From positions 31,392 through 95,391 of the forward strand of contig DAONXX010000001.1 in the NCBI GenBank assembly GCA_035414025.1: a stretch of 64,000 bases of DNA, given 5' to 3'. The stretch comes from Bacteroidales bacterium. Lineage in GTDB: Bacteria; Bacteroidota; Bacteroidia; Bacteroidales; VadinHA17. Below the pieces are notes generated by a model. That model worked only from the letters and a program-made list of their open reading frames with translations. It was not told where the DNA came from and ran no database searches. Shown here piece by piece: positions 40,083-47,769 of the stretch. How positions within the stretch are numbered: the stretch's first letter is position 1; each line of letters begins with the position of its first letter. The position numbers were made by a program, and so were the translations under genes.

Positions 40083-40763
40083 TTGAAAAGTTTGAAAAAG
40101 TTGAAAAGGATATTGATTGTTGCTGCTACTGAAAAAGAAGCAGGCATTCTTTTGAATGCCGGTGGAGGGTTTGAGAAAGAAGATCATAAAATCGATACTC
40201 TTGTTACCGGGGTCGGATCAATGAACACTTCGTGGTCTTTATTGAAATGGTTCTCAGTAAATGAAAAACCTGATCTGGCAATCAATATCGGAATTGCAGG
40301 GAGCTTTAAAAAAGATATTGCAACCGGAGATGTTGTTGTTGCTGTTTCAGATTGTTTTGCTGATGCCGGGGTCGAATCGGGAAGAGCTTTTCTGACACTT
40401 GCTGAAGCGGGACTGGAAGACGCTGACGGCTTCCCTTTCAGGAGCGGGAAAATAATCTGCGATAACGGTTTTGTTGAAGTGGCTGCAGTTAAACTACGGA
40501 AAGCTCAGGCGATAACGGTGAACACTGCTTCCGGTACTGAAGAGACAATAACCAGACTTGTAAATAAGTTTGAGCCTGATATTGAAACTATGGAAGGTGC
40601 AGCATTTGCCTATATCTGCAGTCGTGAGAGAGTCGACTATCTGGCATTAAGATCTGTATCCAATTTTATCGTTCCGCGCCAGGAACAAAAATGGGATGTC
40701 CCACTGGCCCTTAAGGCTCTGGGGCTGGCATTGGAAGATTTTTTTATAACTATTGACATATAA
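40083..40763 (+). CDS. mqnB: futalosine hydrolase
   Basis: ILIVAATEKEAGIL N-terminus and a PNP/UDP-phosphorylase-like fold (METMEGAAFA), adjacent to mqnD. There is no ATG or GTG near the 5' end. The start must be one of four in-frame TTG codons (40083, 40092, 40101, 40113). Confidence 0.75.
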   Translation: MKSLKKLKRILIVAATEKEAGILLNAGGGFEKEDHKIDTLVTGVGSMNTSWSLLKWFSVNEKPDLAINIGIAGSFKKDIATGDVVVAVSDCFADAGVESGRAFLTLAEAGLEDADGFPFRSGKIICDNGFVEVAAVKLRKAQAITVNTASGTEETITRLVNKFEPDIETMEGAAFAYICSRERVDYLALRSVSNFIVPRQEQKWDVPLALKALGLALEDFFITIDI

Positions 40764-40769
40764 AATAAC

Positions 40770-41603
40770 ATGAAACTAACTCTTGGTTTTTCTCCCTGTC
40801 CCAATGACACATTCATTTTTGATGCAATGGTTCATGGGAAAGTTGATACTGAAGGACTGGAATTCTCATACTGCCTTGCAGATATTGAGGAATTAAACCG
40901 GAGAGCTTTTACAGGGAAGCCTGATATAACAAAGATAAGCAGCTTTGCTTATGCTTTTGCTGCGACAGATTACATGATACTTGATTCCGGAAGTGCTCTT
41001 GGATTCGGGAATGGCCCCTTGCTTGTCAGCCGGGATAAAATTGATACTGGCAGCCTTGCTAATGCAAGGATAGCAATACCGGGTAAATATACGACCGCAA
41101 ACATGCTTTTCAGTATCGCCTGGCCTGAGGCTGCAAATAAGACTGAGTATCTCTTTTCTGAGATTGAGAACGTGGTACTCAGCGGCGAAGCGGATGCAGG
41201 GCTTATTATTCATGAGAGCCGCTTCACTTATCAGAAAAAAGGATTACAGAAGTTAGCCGATTTGGGAGAATTCTGGGAAGGAATGACCGGACTTCCTGTT
41301 CCTCTGGGAATGATAGTGATAAACAGGAGGATACCTGAGGAAACAGCTCTTGCTGTAAGTCGTATCATTCAGAGAAGTGTCGAATTTGCTTTTGAAGACC
41401 CGGCTACCTCACGGGATTTTGTTTCTGAGAATGCCAGGGAGATGGAAGGAGAGGTGATGAGAAAGCATATTGAACTTTATGTGAATAAATTCACAATTAA
41501 CCTGGGTCATGAAGGCAGAAAAGCTATCGCCGAATTATACAGGATAGCTTCGGATAAGGGTATAATTCCTGCAATGCCGGAACGCTTGTTTGCAGGAATT
41601 TAA
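40770..41603 (+). CDS. mqnD: 1,4-dihydroxy-6-naphthoate synthase
   Basis: MKLTLGFSPCPNDTFIFDAM N-terminus, typical of MqnD (MqnA/MqnD family). 277 aa. Confidence 0.8.
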   Translation: MKLTLGFSPCPNDTFIFDAMVHGKVDTEGLEFSYCLADIEELNRRAFTGKPDITKISSFAYAFAATDYMILDSGSALGFGNGPLLVSRDKIDTGSLANARIAIPGKYTTANMLFSIAWPEAANKTEYLFSEIENVVLSGEADAGLIIHESRFTYQKKGLQKLADLGEFWEGMTGLPVPLGMIVINRRIPEETALAVSRIIQRSVEFAFEDPATSRDFVSENAREMEGEVMRKHIELYVNKFTINLGHEGRKAIAELYRIASDKGIIPAMPERLFAGI

Positions 41604-41627
41604 TTTCTTTAAGGGTAAATAATTGGT

Positions 41628-41635
41628 TAAATTTG
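41628..41635 (+). promoter_or_regulatory. candidate -7 promoter element TAAATTTG for the nitroreductase gene
   Basis: Exact TAnnTTTG match 61 nt upstream of the ATG at 41696. Confidence 0.4.
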
Positions 41636-41646
41636 TATATATAAGA

Positions 41647-41663
41647 TTCCTGAAATTCAGGAA
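41647..41663. promoter_or_regulatory. perfect 17-bp palindrome TTCCTGAA-A-TTCAGGAA (operator candidate)
   Basis: 8+1+8 perfect dyad located 12 nt downstream of the candidate -7 element and 33 nt upstream of the nitroreductase ATG. Confidence 0.4.
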
Positions 41664-41695
41664 AGCAAAGTGTTTAATTGCAAATTCTGCTCAAA

Positions 41696-42268
41696 ATGAT
41701 TCTTAAGGATTTAATTTTTGAAACAAGGTCATACAGGCGTTTTGACGGATCAGCTAAGATTCCGTATAAGACTCTTCAGGATCTTGTTGACCTTGCCAGG
41801 CTCTCTGCTTCAGGAGCAAACAGGCAGCCTTTGAAATATGCAATCATCAATACGCCGGAAAAGTGTGAAAAAGTGTTTCCTTCTCTTGCCTGGGCTGCAT
41901 ATCTGAAAGACTGGGCCGGACCTTCAGATAAAGAAAAGCCTTCTGCATATATTATAATACTGGGTGATAAGTCAATTTCCGAATTTTTCGGGGTGGATCA
42001 TGGCATAGCCGCTCAGAGCATAAGGCTGGGCGCTACCGAAGCAGGCCTGGGGTCTTGCATAATAGCTGCTTTGAAACGCGATCAGATCAGAAAAGAACTG
42101 GATATATCTGAAAAATATGAGATACTGCTTGTTATTGCATTAGGCAAAGCGGCTGAGAAAATAATCATTGATGAAATGAAAGAAGGAGATGTTAAGTACT
42201 GGCGCGATTCTGAAAAGAATCATCATGTGCCAAAAAGGTCTCTTGATGAGATCATTATTGATCTTTAA
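41696..42268 (+). CDS. nitroreductase family protein
   Basis: RSYRRF and SASGANRQP motifs. About 190 aa from the ATG at 41696. Confidence 0.85.
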   Translation: MILKDLIFETRSYRRFDGSAKIPYKTLQDLVDLARLSASGANRQPLKYAIINTPEKCEKVFPSLAWAAYLKDWAGPSDKEKPSAYIIILGDKSISEFFGVDHGIAAQSIRLGATEAGLGSCIIAALKRDQIRKELDISEKYEILLVIALGKAAEKIIIDEMKEGDVKYWRDSEKNHHVPKRSLDEIIIDL

Positions 42269-42273
42269 AACAG

Positions 42274-42567
42274 ATGAGGAAACAGATTCCCATAATATTA
42301 TTTCTTCTCTTTTTGATCCATTTCCCCCTTAACAGTCAGCAGGCATCAGAATCGCCGGGACTTATTCTTTTCAATGGAATAGTTATGGATTCAGGATTAA
42401 ATTCTCCGCTTGCCAACACTCAGATAATAATAAACAGGAAATATTTTTCTGTGAGCGACAAGGAAGGCAAATTTTCTTTTTGTGTGAACAGGAGAGATAC
42501 TGTGGTTTTAACAAGGCTTGGGTACAAGACAGTTAACTTTATTGTAAGTGACACCCTGACAGGATGA
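42274..42567 (+). CDS. carboxypeptidase-like regulatory (CarbopepD_reg-type) domain protein, probably truncated
   Basis: Signal peptide, then GIVMDSGLNSPLANTQIIINRKYFSVSDKEGKFSF...RLGYKTVNF, a typical beta-sandwich regulatory domain. The ORF ends right after that domain. The downstream sequence looks like decayed coding sequence (see findings). Confidence 0.55.
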   Translation: MRKQIPIILFLLFLIHFPLNSQQASESPGLILFNGIVMDSGLNSPLANTQIIINRKYFSVSDKEGKFSFCVNRRDTVVLTRLGYKTVNFIVSDTLTG

Positions 42568-42771
42568 AAAAGAAATAAACAGCTGATAATTATAGTGTAG
42601 GCTTGTTGCCATTTCGGGTTGCGGGTGGTCATGATACACTAATTGTTGAGAATGCTTTATAGCCGGGTTTAAAAAAAAGATCAAGACCATGTCACATTTG
42701 TTGGAAAATTCCGTAAAACTGTAATGAATTATTAAAATGATTTAACTACTTTCGTTTTTAGTTTACATAAT

Positions 42772-43770
42772 GTGAAAGCTTTGTTGAAGAGGATCAAATA
42801 TATAGCTCTACTGTCATTTATCCTTTTTCTCGATAGTTACGGCCAGGACCCTACATTTTCGCAGTTTTATGCGAATCCGCTTTATCTGGCACCATCTTTT
42901 GCCGGTGCTACGGAGGAATACAGACTGGGCTTGAATTACAGGAACCAATGGCCGGCCATCCCCGGTGTGTTTCATACATACAGCATATCATTTGATAAAG
43001 CAATGCCCAATTTTAATTCCGGTTTCGGGATCCTTGCTTCATATGATGTAGCCGGTTCCGGCAATCTGAGCACTACAAACATCGGATTGCTTTATTCTTA
43101 TGATTTCAACATTAGCGATGACTGGCATATAAGACCTGGTGTTCATTTCAAGTTCTATTACCTTGGCCTTGACATCTATAAACTGGTCTTTAACAGTCAG
43201 CTTACGGCAAGCGGGACATCTCCTTCAGTCTATCCTCCGCCATTCGATAATATTGCTGACGTTGATTTTGCCACATCGGCCCTCGCGTATAATGACCGTA
43301 TATGGGCAGGTTTTACACTTGATCATCTGCTGGTCCCGAAAACTTCCTTCTACGGCGATGATTCAAATGTCCCGATCAAATTCAACCTTTTCGGCGGTCT
43401 TCAGTTGATAAGGAAAACCAGGCTCAGAGTAAAACTGCAGGAAACACTGTCGGTTGCATTGAATTTTCAGAAACAGGCAAAATTTTATCAAACAGATATA
43501 GGTTTGTATTACTTTAAAAGCCCGCTTATATTCGGATTATGGTACCGGGGAATACCTTTCATGACATCCCAGGCCGGAGATGCAATAATCGGACTTATAG
43601 GATTTAAATCTGACAACCTGCACATTGGATATAGCTACGATTTCACTATATCGAACCTTATCAGCTCAACTGCAGGTGCTCATGAAGTTTCTCTCGTATA
43701 TGAGTTTTCTTCATTTTCAATGAACTCGCAAAAAAAGAGGATAAGAGCTATCCCCTGCCCGGAATTTTAA
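42772..43770 (+). CDS. type IX secretion system membrane protein, PorP/SprF family
   Basis: GQDPTFSQFYANPLYLAPSFAG, NYRNQWP, and a C-terminal HEVSLVYEF, which are hallmarks of PorP/SprF. GTG start. Confidence 0.85.
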   Translation: MKALLKRIKYIALLSFILFLDSYGQDPTFSQFYANPLYLAPSFAGATEEYRLGLNYRNQWPAIPGVFHTYSISFDKAMPNFNSGFGILASYDVAGSGNLSTTNIGLLYSYDFNISDDWHIRPGVHFKFYYLGLDIYKLVFNSQLTASGTSPSVYPPPFDNIADVDFATSALAYNDRIWAGFTLDHLLVPKTSFYGDDSNVPIKFNLFGGLQLIRKTRLRVKLQETLSVALNFQKQAKFYQTDIGLYYFKSPLIFGLWYRGIPFMTSQAGDAIIGLIGFKSDNLHIGYSYDFTISNLISSTAGAHEVSLVYEFSSFSMNSQKKRIRAIPCPEF

Positions 43771-43856
43771 CCCTGGGCCCCGCAAACCCTGAGTTCATCA
43801 ACCATTTTGCTTTTATAATTATTTACAGTCACTTGCGCGCCTATTTGTTTATTTTT

Positions 43857-43864
43857 TATATTTG
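43857..43864 (+). promoter_or_regulatory. candidate -7 promoter element TATATTTG for the OmpH-like/GT2 unit
   Basis: Exact TAnnTTTG match 31 nt upstream of the ATG at 43895. It is embedded in a GC-rich interrupted inverted repeat. Confidence 0.4.
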
Positions 43865-43894
43865 CGCGTGACTTTCGTTTAACAAAAATTAATC

Positions 43895-44500
43895 ATGATG
43901 AAGAAAATTACAATAGTCCTCTTTTCAGTATTATTTCTTGCAACTGCATTTCTTTATGTCATCCATTTTACCGGTAAGAATAAGATCAAACTGGGTTCAA
44001 ATGGAGAAACTGTTGTGGTTCAGTCTGATGCTCAGGGAGTAGCATTTGTGAATATTGATTCAGTTATCTTTAATTTCGATATGTTCTTTGACAGAAGAGA
44101 AGACCTTATGGAAAAACAGCAAAAAGCTGAAGCTGAATTGAATTCAAAAGGATCGCAGTATGAGAAAAATGCAAGGGATTTTCAGGATAAGGTTAATAAA
44201 GGACTTGTTACAAGAGCTACGGCAGCTGAGATGGAACAATCTCTTATTCAGCAGCAGCAGGAGCTTGTGGAACTACGTGATAATCTTCAGACAGACCTGA
44301 TTGAAGAAGAACAGGTAATGAACAGGCAGATAATAGAATATATCACATCCTATCTTGAAGAAAACAAAGCAGAATACAACTTCCAGTACATACTGGGTAA
44401 GAGTTTCGGAAGCGTGGTGCTCTATGGCGACGCTGCCCTGGATATTACTGACAAGGTTACAAAAGCCCTGAACGATAAATACAGGGTTGGAAAAAAATAA
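43895..44500 (+). CDS. OmpH/Skp-like protein with N-terminal membrane anchor
   Basis: 201 aa. One N-terminal hydrophobic helix, then a Q/E-rich coiled coil like the Skp copies at 32975 and 33523. Confidence 0.7.
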   Translation: MMKKITIVLFSVLFLATAFLYVIHFTGKNKIKLGSNGETVVVQSDAQGVAFVNIDSVIFNFDMFFDRREDLMEKQQKAEAELNSKGSQYEKNARDFQDKVNKGLVTRATAAEMEQSLIQQQQELVELRDNLQTDLIEEEQVMNRQIIEYITSYLEENKAEYNFQYILGKSFGSVVLYGDAALDITDKVTKALNDKYRVGKK

Positions 44501-44505
44501 AACAA

Positions 44506-45774
44506 ATGGGTTTTGCCACATCGTGGCTTGAAAAGAGGGCCCTTTTCCCGCTTATATTCACGGAAACGCCTGATAAGGAAACTGGCATAATAGTCGTTGT
44601 GCCTGCTTTTAATGAGCCAGGTATTACAACTCTTCTCGATAGCCTTTCCAAATGCACGAAGCCGGAATGCAGGGCTGAAGTGATCGTAATTGTCAATGCC
44701 CGGAAGGATTCTGACCCTGAGAGTATCAGGAATAACAAAATATGTATAGACAGGATTAACAGCTGGAAAAGGGAAAACAAAAATTGCTTTTTCCGGCTTC
44801 TTGTTTTTGATACAGGTCTGTCCGATCTGCGTGACTGGGGTGTCGGAATGGCCAGAAAGACAGGGATGGACGAAGCTTTAAGGCGTTTTGATGAGATTGA
44901 CAGACCCCATGGCGTGATAGTGAGCCTGGATGCAGATTGCACAGTGGAGGAAAATTATTTTACTTCAATCTGTGATGAACTATTGAATAAAAAAGACAGA
45001 TCAGCCTGCTCAATTTATTTCGAACATCTTCTTGAAGGAGAAGAGTATCCTCAAATAAATTATACTTATACGACTCTCTATGAGTTGCATATGAGGTATT
45101 ATGCAAGAGGGCTGAACTATTCAGGATTTCCTTATCCTTTTCATACAATAGGATCAGCATTGGCGGTAAAAGCACTTGACTATAAGAAAGCAGGAGGCAT
45201 GAACCGGAGAAGGGCAGGGGAGGATTTCTATTTCATTCAGAAGCTGGTACCACGCGGAGGTTTTTTCTCACTGAACAGCACTGCCGTGTATCCTTCATCG
45301 AGAATATCATCCCGTACGCCTTTCGGGACCGGAGCTTCGATGATAAAATTCATCGAGAATCCCGGACAGGATTTCCTGACATATAATGTAAATGCATTCA
45401 GGGAACTCAAATCACTCTTTGGTGAAATTGAAATTCTTTTTGATTCTGATACCGGTCAGGTGGAGAAATATTATAATGAATTACCGGAAGGGCTAAGATC
45501 ATTTATAAATGAAGAAGAATGGCTCAGGCATATATCCGAGATACAGGCAAACACTGCGGGCAAGGCATCATTCCGGAAAAGATTTTTCGGATGGTTCAAT
45601 ATGTTAATGATCGTCAGGTATATGAACCATGTTCATTCAGGAATTTTCAAAAAAACAGAGCTAACTGAAGCAGCAATAAAACTGCTTTCACTTATGGGTA
45701 TTCCTGAACCGGAGCATAATCCTTATGATGTACTGATAAATTATCGAAAACAGGAAAGAGGTATCGGATCTTAA
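44506..45774 (+). CDS. glycosyltransferase family 2 protein
   Basis: VVVPAFNEPG N-terminus and an SLDADC (DxD-type) motif. 422 aa. It begins 5 nt after the OmpH-like gene. Confidence 0.75.
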   Translation: MGFATSWLEKRALFPLIFTETPDKETGIIVVVPAFNEPGITTLLDSLSKCTKPECRAEVIVIVNARKDSDPESIRNNKICIDRINSWKRENKNCFFRLLVFDTGLSDLRDWGVGMARKTGMDEALRRFDEIDRPHGVIVSLDADCTVEENYFTSICDELLNKKDRSACSIYFEHLLEGEEYPQINYTYTTLYELHMRYYARGLNYSGFPYPFHTIGSALAVKALDYKKAGGMNRRRAGEDFYFIQKLVPRGGFFSLNSTAVYPSSRISSRTPFGTGASMIKFIENPGQDFLTYNVNAFRELKSLFGEIEILFDSDTGQVEKYYNELPEGLRSFINEEEWLRHISEIQANTAGKASFRKRFFGWFNMLMIVRYMNHVHSGIFKKTELTEAAIKLLSLMGIPEPEHNPYDVLINYRKQERGIGS

Positions 45775-45801
45775 AGATATTGGCTAAGCAAACCCCTGGG
45801 A

Positions 45802-46140
45802 TTATTTATTCTTTTTATTAATCTGCCTGTCTTCCCGGGGAGTAAGGACGATAAAGAGATCTTCATCAGGTTTTTTCATGCGGTACTGTTCCCTGGCAAA
45901 CTTCTCAAGATTATGGTTATCTGTTTTTAGCTCTTTGAGCTTATTCTTATCGTTCTCTATTTTATTTGTGTAGTACTCCTTGTCGCTTTTCAGCTTACGG
46001 AGTTCGCGAACCTCTCTGATACGCAAAAGCAGGTTGTTTGAATCCATCAGGATGATCCAGATAAGGAAGAGAAAAACTGTAAGGAAATACTTATTCCTGA
46101 AAATGGCTGGTATTTTATCTATGTACCTGAACCTGATCAT
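45802..46140 (-). CDS. ftsB: septum formation initiator family protein (FtsB/DivIC-like)
   Basis: 112 aa. A single TM helix (YFLTVFLFLIWIILM) followed by a coiled coil. Confidence 0.75.
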   Translation of the reverse strand: MIRFRYIDKIPAIFRNKYFLTVFLFLIWIILMDSNNLLLRIREVRELRKLKSDKEYYTNKIENDKNKLKELKTDNHNLEKFAREQYRMKKPDEDLFIVLTPREDRQINKKNK

Positions 46141-46147
46141 TATGATG

Positions 46148-46155
46148 CAAAGCTA
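46148..46155 (-). promoter_or_regulatory. candidate -7 element (TAGCTTTG on the minus strand) abutting the ftsB start
   Basis: Plus-strand CAAAGCTA. Only 7 nt separate the motif from the ATG at 46140. Confidence 0.3.
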
Positions 46156-46266
46156 TAATTTTTTTTCTATTCGCCGCTCATTAGATGAAACATCCGGACA
46201 TTATTACCTTCTCCGGCACCGGCTGTTCCTGCACTGAAGCCATGGGATTGATGTACATGTTAAACA

Positions 46267-47556
46267 TCAGTAGGATAGATTGTTGAGTGTGTTGGCGGTT
46301 CCGGTTGTGATCAGTCTGTCATAACGGTCACCAGGCCCCCTGTAATAAACAAGCACCATATAGTCGTTCTCTGTCTCGTAATAGCTTCCTTCAAATTCGG
46401 TGGAAATGAGAGGAGATCCGACTTTATTTTGCAGGGAATATTCATAATTGTACCAGCCCTGCTTGAGAAGCATCGTACATTCATATTGCCTGCTGACATT
46501 GTTATATTTCATCAGGTTATCACTACCGGCTGACCAGCCGTTCATGTTTCCCGTAACATAAACATTGCTGCCTGCCGGAACATTATTCGAATTCAGTGTA
46601 AAGTACACATAAACATAATCTGCATCCGTATCTGCTTCTTTACCCTGGCTGGTGGCGATATAGTATTTCCCATTAAAATCCTTGTAATAAAAATATGGCT
46701 TAAGTTGTCTGCTCTCCGAAGGTTTAAGGAAGAAATGATAGTTCGGTGGGATAAAGTCAATACTCACAAGATTCTCTGAAAGGTATTTAATGCTTCTGAT
46801 GTCGAAATACCTGAACTCATTTCCGGCAATGAAGATGTTCTTGTCGGATAATGAGTTGTATATAAGCTGATTGCCTCCCGATATCTCAGGCTGAAGGTTC
46901 TTTTTGGCATTATCCCATCTGCCGTTTTGAAGGATGAATGCGAAGACATTTCTTGCCGGATCAATAATGTTAAGTCCGGATATGTTTACAGTGAAATCTA
47001 TCTGTTGACCTGCATTATCGGCTATTGTCATCATAGGCCTGTGCATTTTGATATCGATCCTTGAATCATCTTCAGTTACGATGAATCGCTGTGTGAGGAC
47101 CGGATTTTCCTGGTCATAGGCAGGATATACATAAAGAATGTAATTACCTGATCGTTTTAAACTTACCCTTTCATTAGGGAAAAGCAGCTTGTAGTGGAAA
47201 TAATCAACAGTTGTATTAAAAGAAGGTCTGAAGTCATCTATGGGGTTTTCGGGAAATCCTTCAAGATACTCATTTGTGAATATATCTGATTTCTGCCAGT
47301 TTCTATCGCAATGGAAGAAGGTGTAATAATATGTCTCATTGTTATCATCAATCAGATCGAAATGCAGTTCAAGTTTGTCGGTTCCGTTCAGTTTGAGCAC
47401 AGGATAGGATAGATTCCACCCTTCCTTGTACAGCTGCACACTTTTTATACGCTTGTCGAAAACGCCATTGGAATAAAACGGTGAGTCGTTATCGATTCCC
47501 TGTAAATGGAAAACAGACAACAGAATGATTGAAATGATCGCGAGGAATTTCTGCAT
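46267..47556 (-). CDS. T9SS plug-protein-like / DUF5103 family secreted protein
   Basis: Signal peptide MQKFLAIISIILLSVFHLQG from the ATG at 47556. The N-terminal IKSVQLYKEGWNLSYPVLKLNGTDKLELHFDLIDD... pattern matches what I recall for DUF5103. This is from memory only. Confidence 0.55.
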   Translation of the reverse strand: MQKFLAIISIILLSVFHLQGIDNDSPFYSNGVFDKRIKSVQLYKEGWNLSYPVLKLNGTDKLELHFDLIDDNNETYYYTFFHCDRNWQKSDIFTNEYLEGFPENPIDDFRPSFNTTVDYFHYKLLFPNERVSLKRSGNYILYVYPAYDQENPVLTQRFIVTEDDSRIDIKMHRPMMTIADNAGQQIDFTVNISGLNIIDPARNVFAFILQNGRWDNAKKNLQPEISGGNQLIYNSLSDKNIFIAGNEFRYFDIRSIKYLSENLVSIDFIPPNYHFFLKPSESRQLKPYFYYKDFNGKYYIATSQGKEADTDADYVYVYFTLNSNNVPAGSNVYVTGNMNGWSAGSDNLMKYNNVSRQYECTMLLKQGWYNYEYSLQNKVGSPLISTEFEGSYYETENDYMVLVYYRGPGDRYDRLITTGTANTLNNLSY

Positions 47557-47583
47557 CTGGATTGAATGTCTTGAAATTGTTAA

Positions 47584-47591
47584 CAAAAATA
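47584..47591 (-). promoter_or_regulatory. candidate -7 element (TATTTTTG on the minus strand) for the plug-like gene
   Basis: Plus-strand CAAAAATA, 28 nt upstream of the ATG at 47556. It overlaps the track's TTG start at 47586. Confidence 0.35.
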
Positions 47592-47640
47592 GTGCAAAAT
47601 AATTATTCAGTCCCGGTATTTTTTAATGCCATAACTATTA

Positions 47641-47648
47641 TATTTTTG
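47641..47648 (+). promoter_or_regulatory. candidate -7 element TATTTTTG for the nqr operon
   Basis: Exact TAnnTTTG match 122 nt upstream of the nqrA ATG. Confidence 0.35.
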
Positions 47649-47769
47649 TAATTATTAAATTTATACAGGCGGCGTTTTGATACCGTTTTGGTTTAATTTC
47701 CCCGAAAGAATAATACTGAAGGATCAAACATATCAAAGAGCATTTCCGACATAATTAACCATATATCCA

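Noticed and set aside
1538-47586. The longer N-terminal extensions offered by the ORF track for many genes (for example 1538, 5921, 7135, 11477, 13597, 16788, 22465, 23207, 24204, 28214, 30405, 39967, 41678, 47586).
   Set aside because: - The extensions overlap the upstream gene or a candidate promoter element.
- They often begin with TTG.
- They precede a downstream ATG that yields a canonical signal peptide or the conserved family N-terminus.
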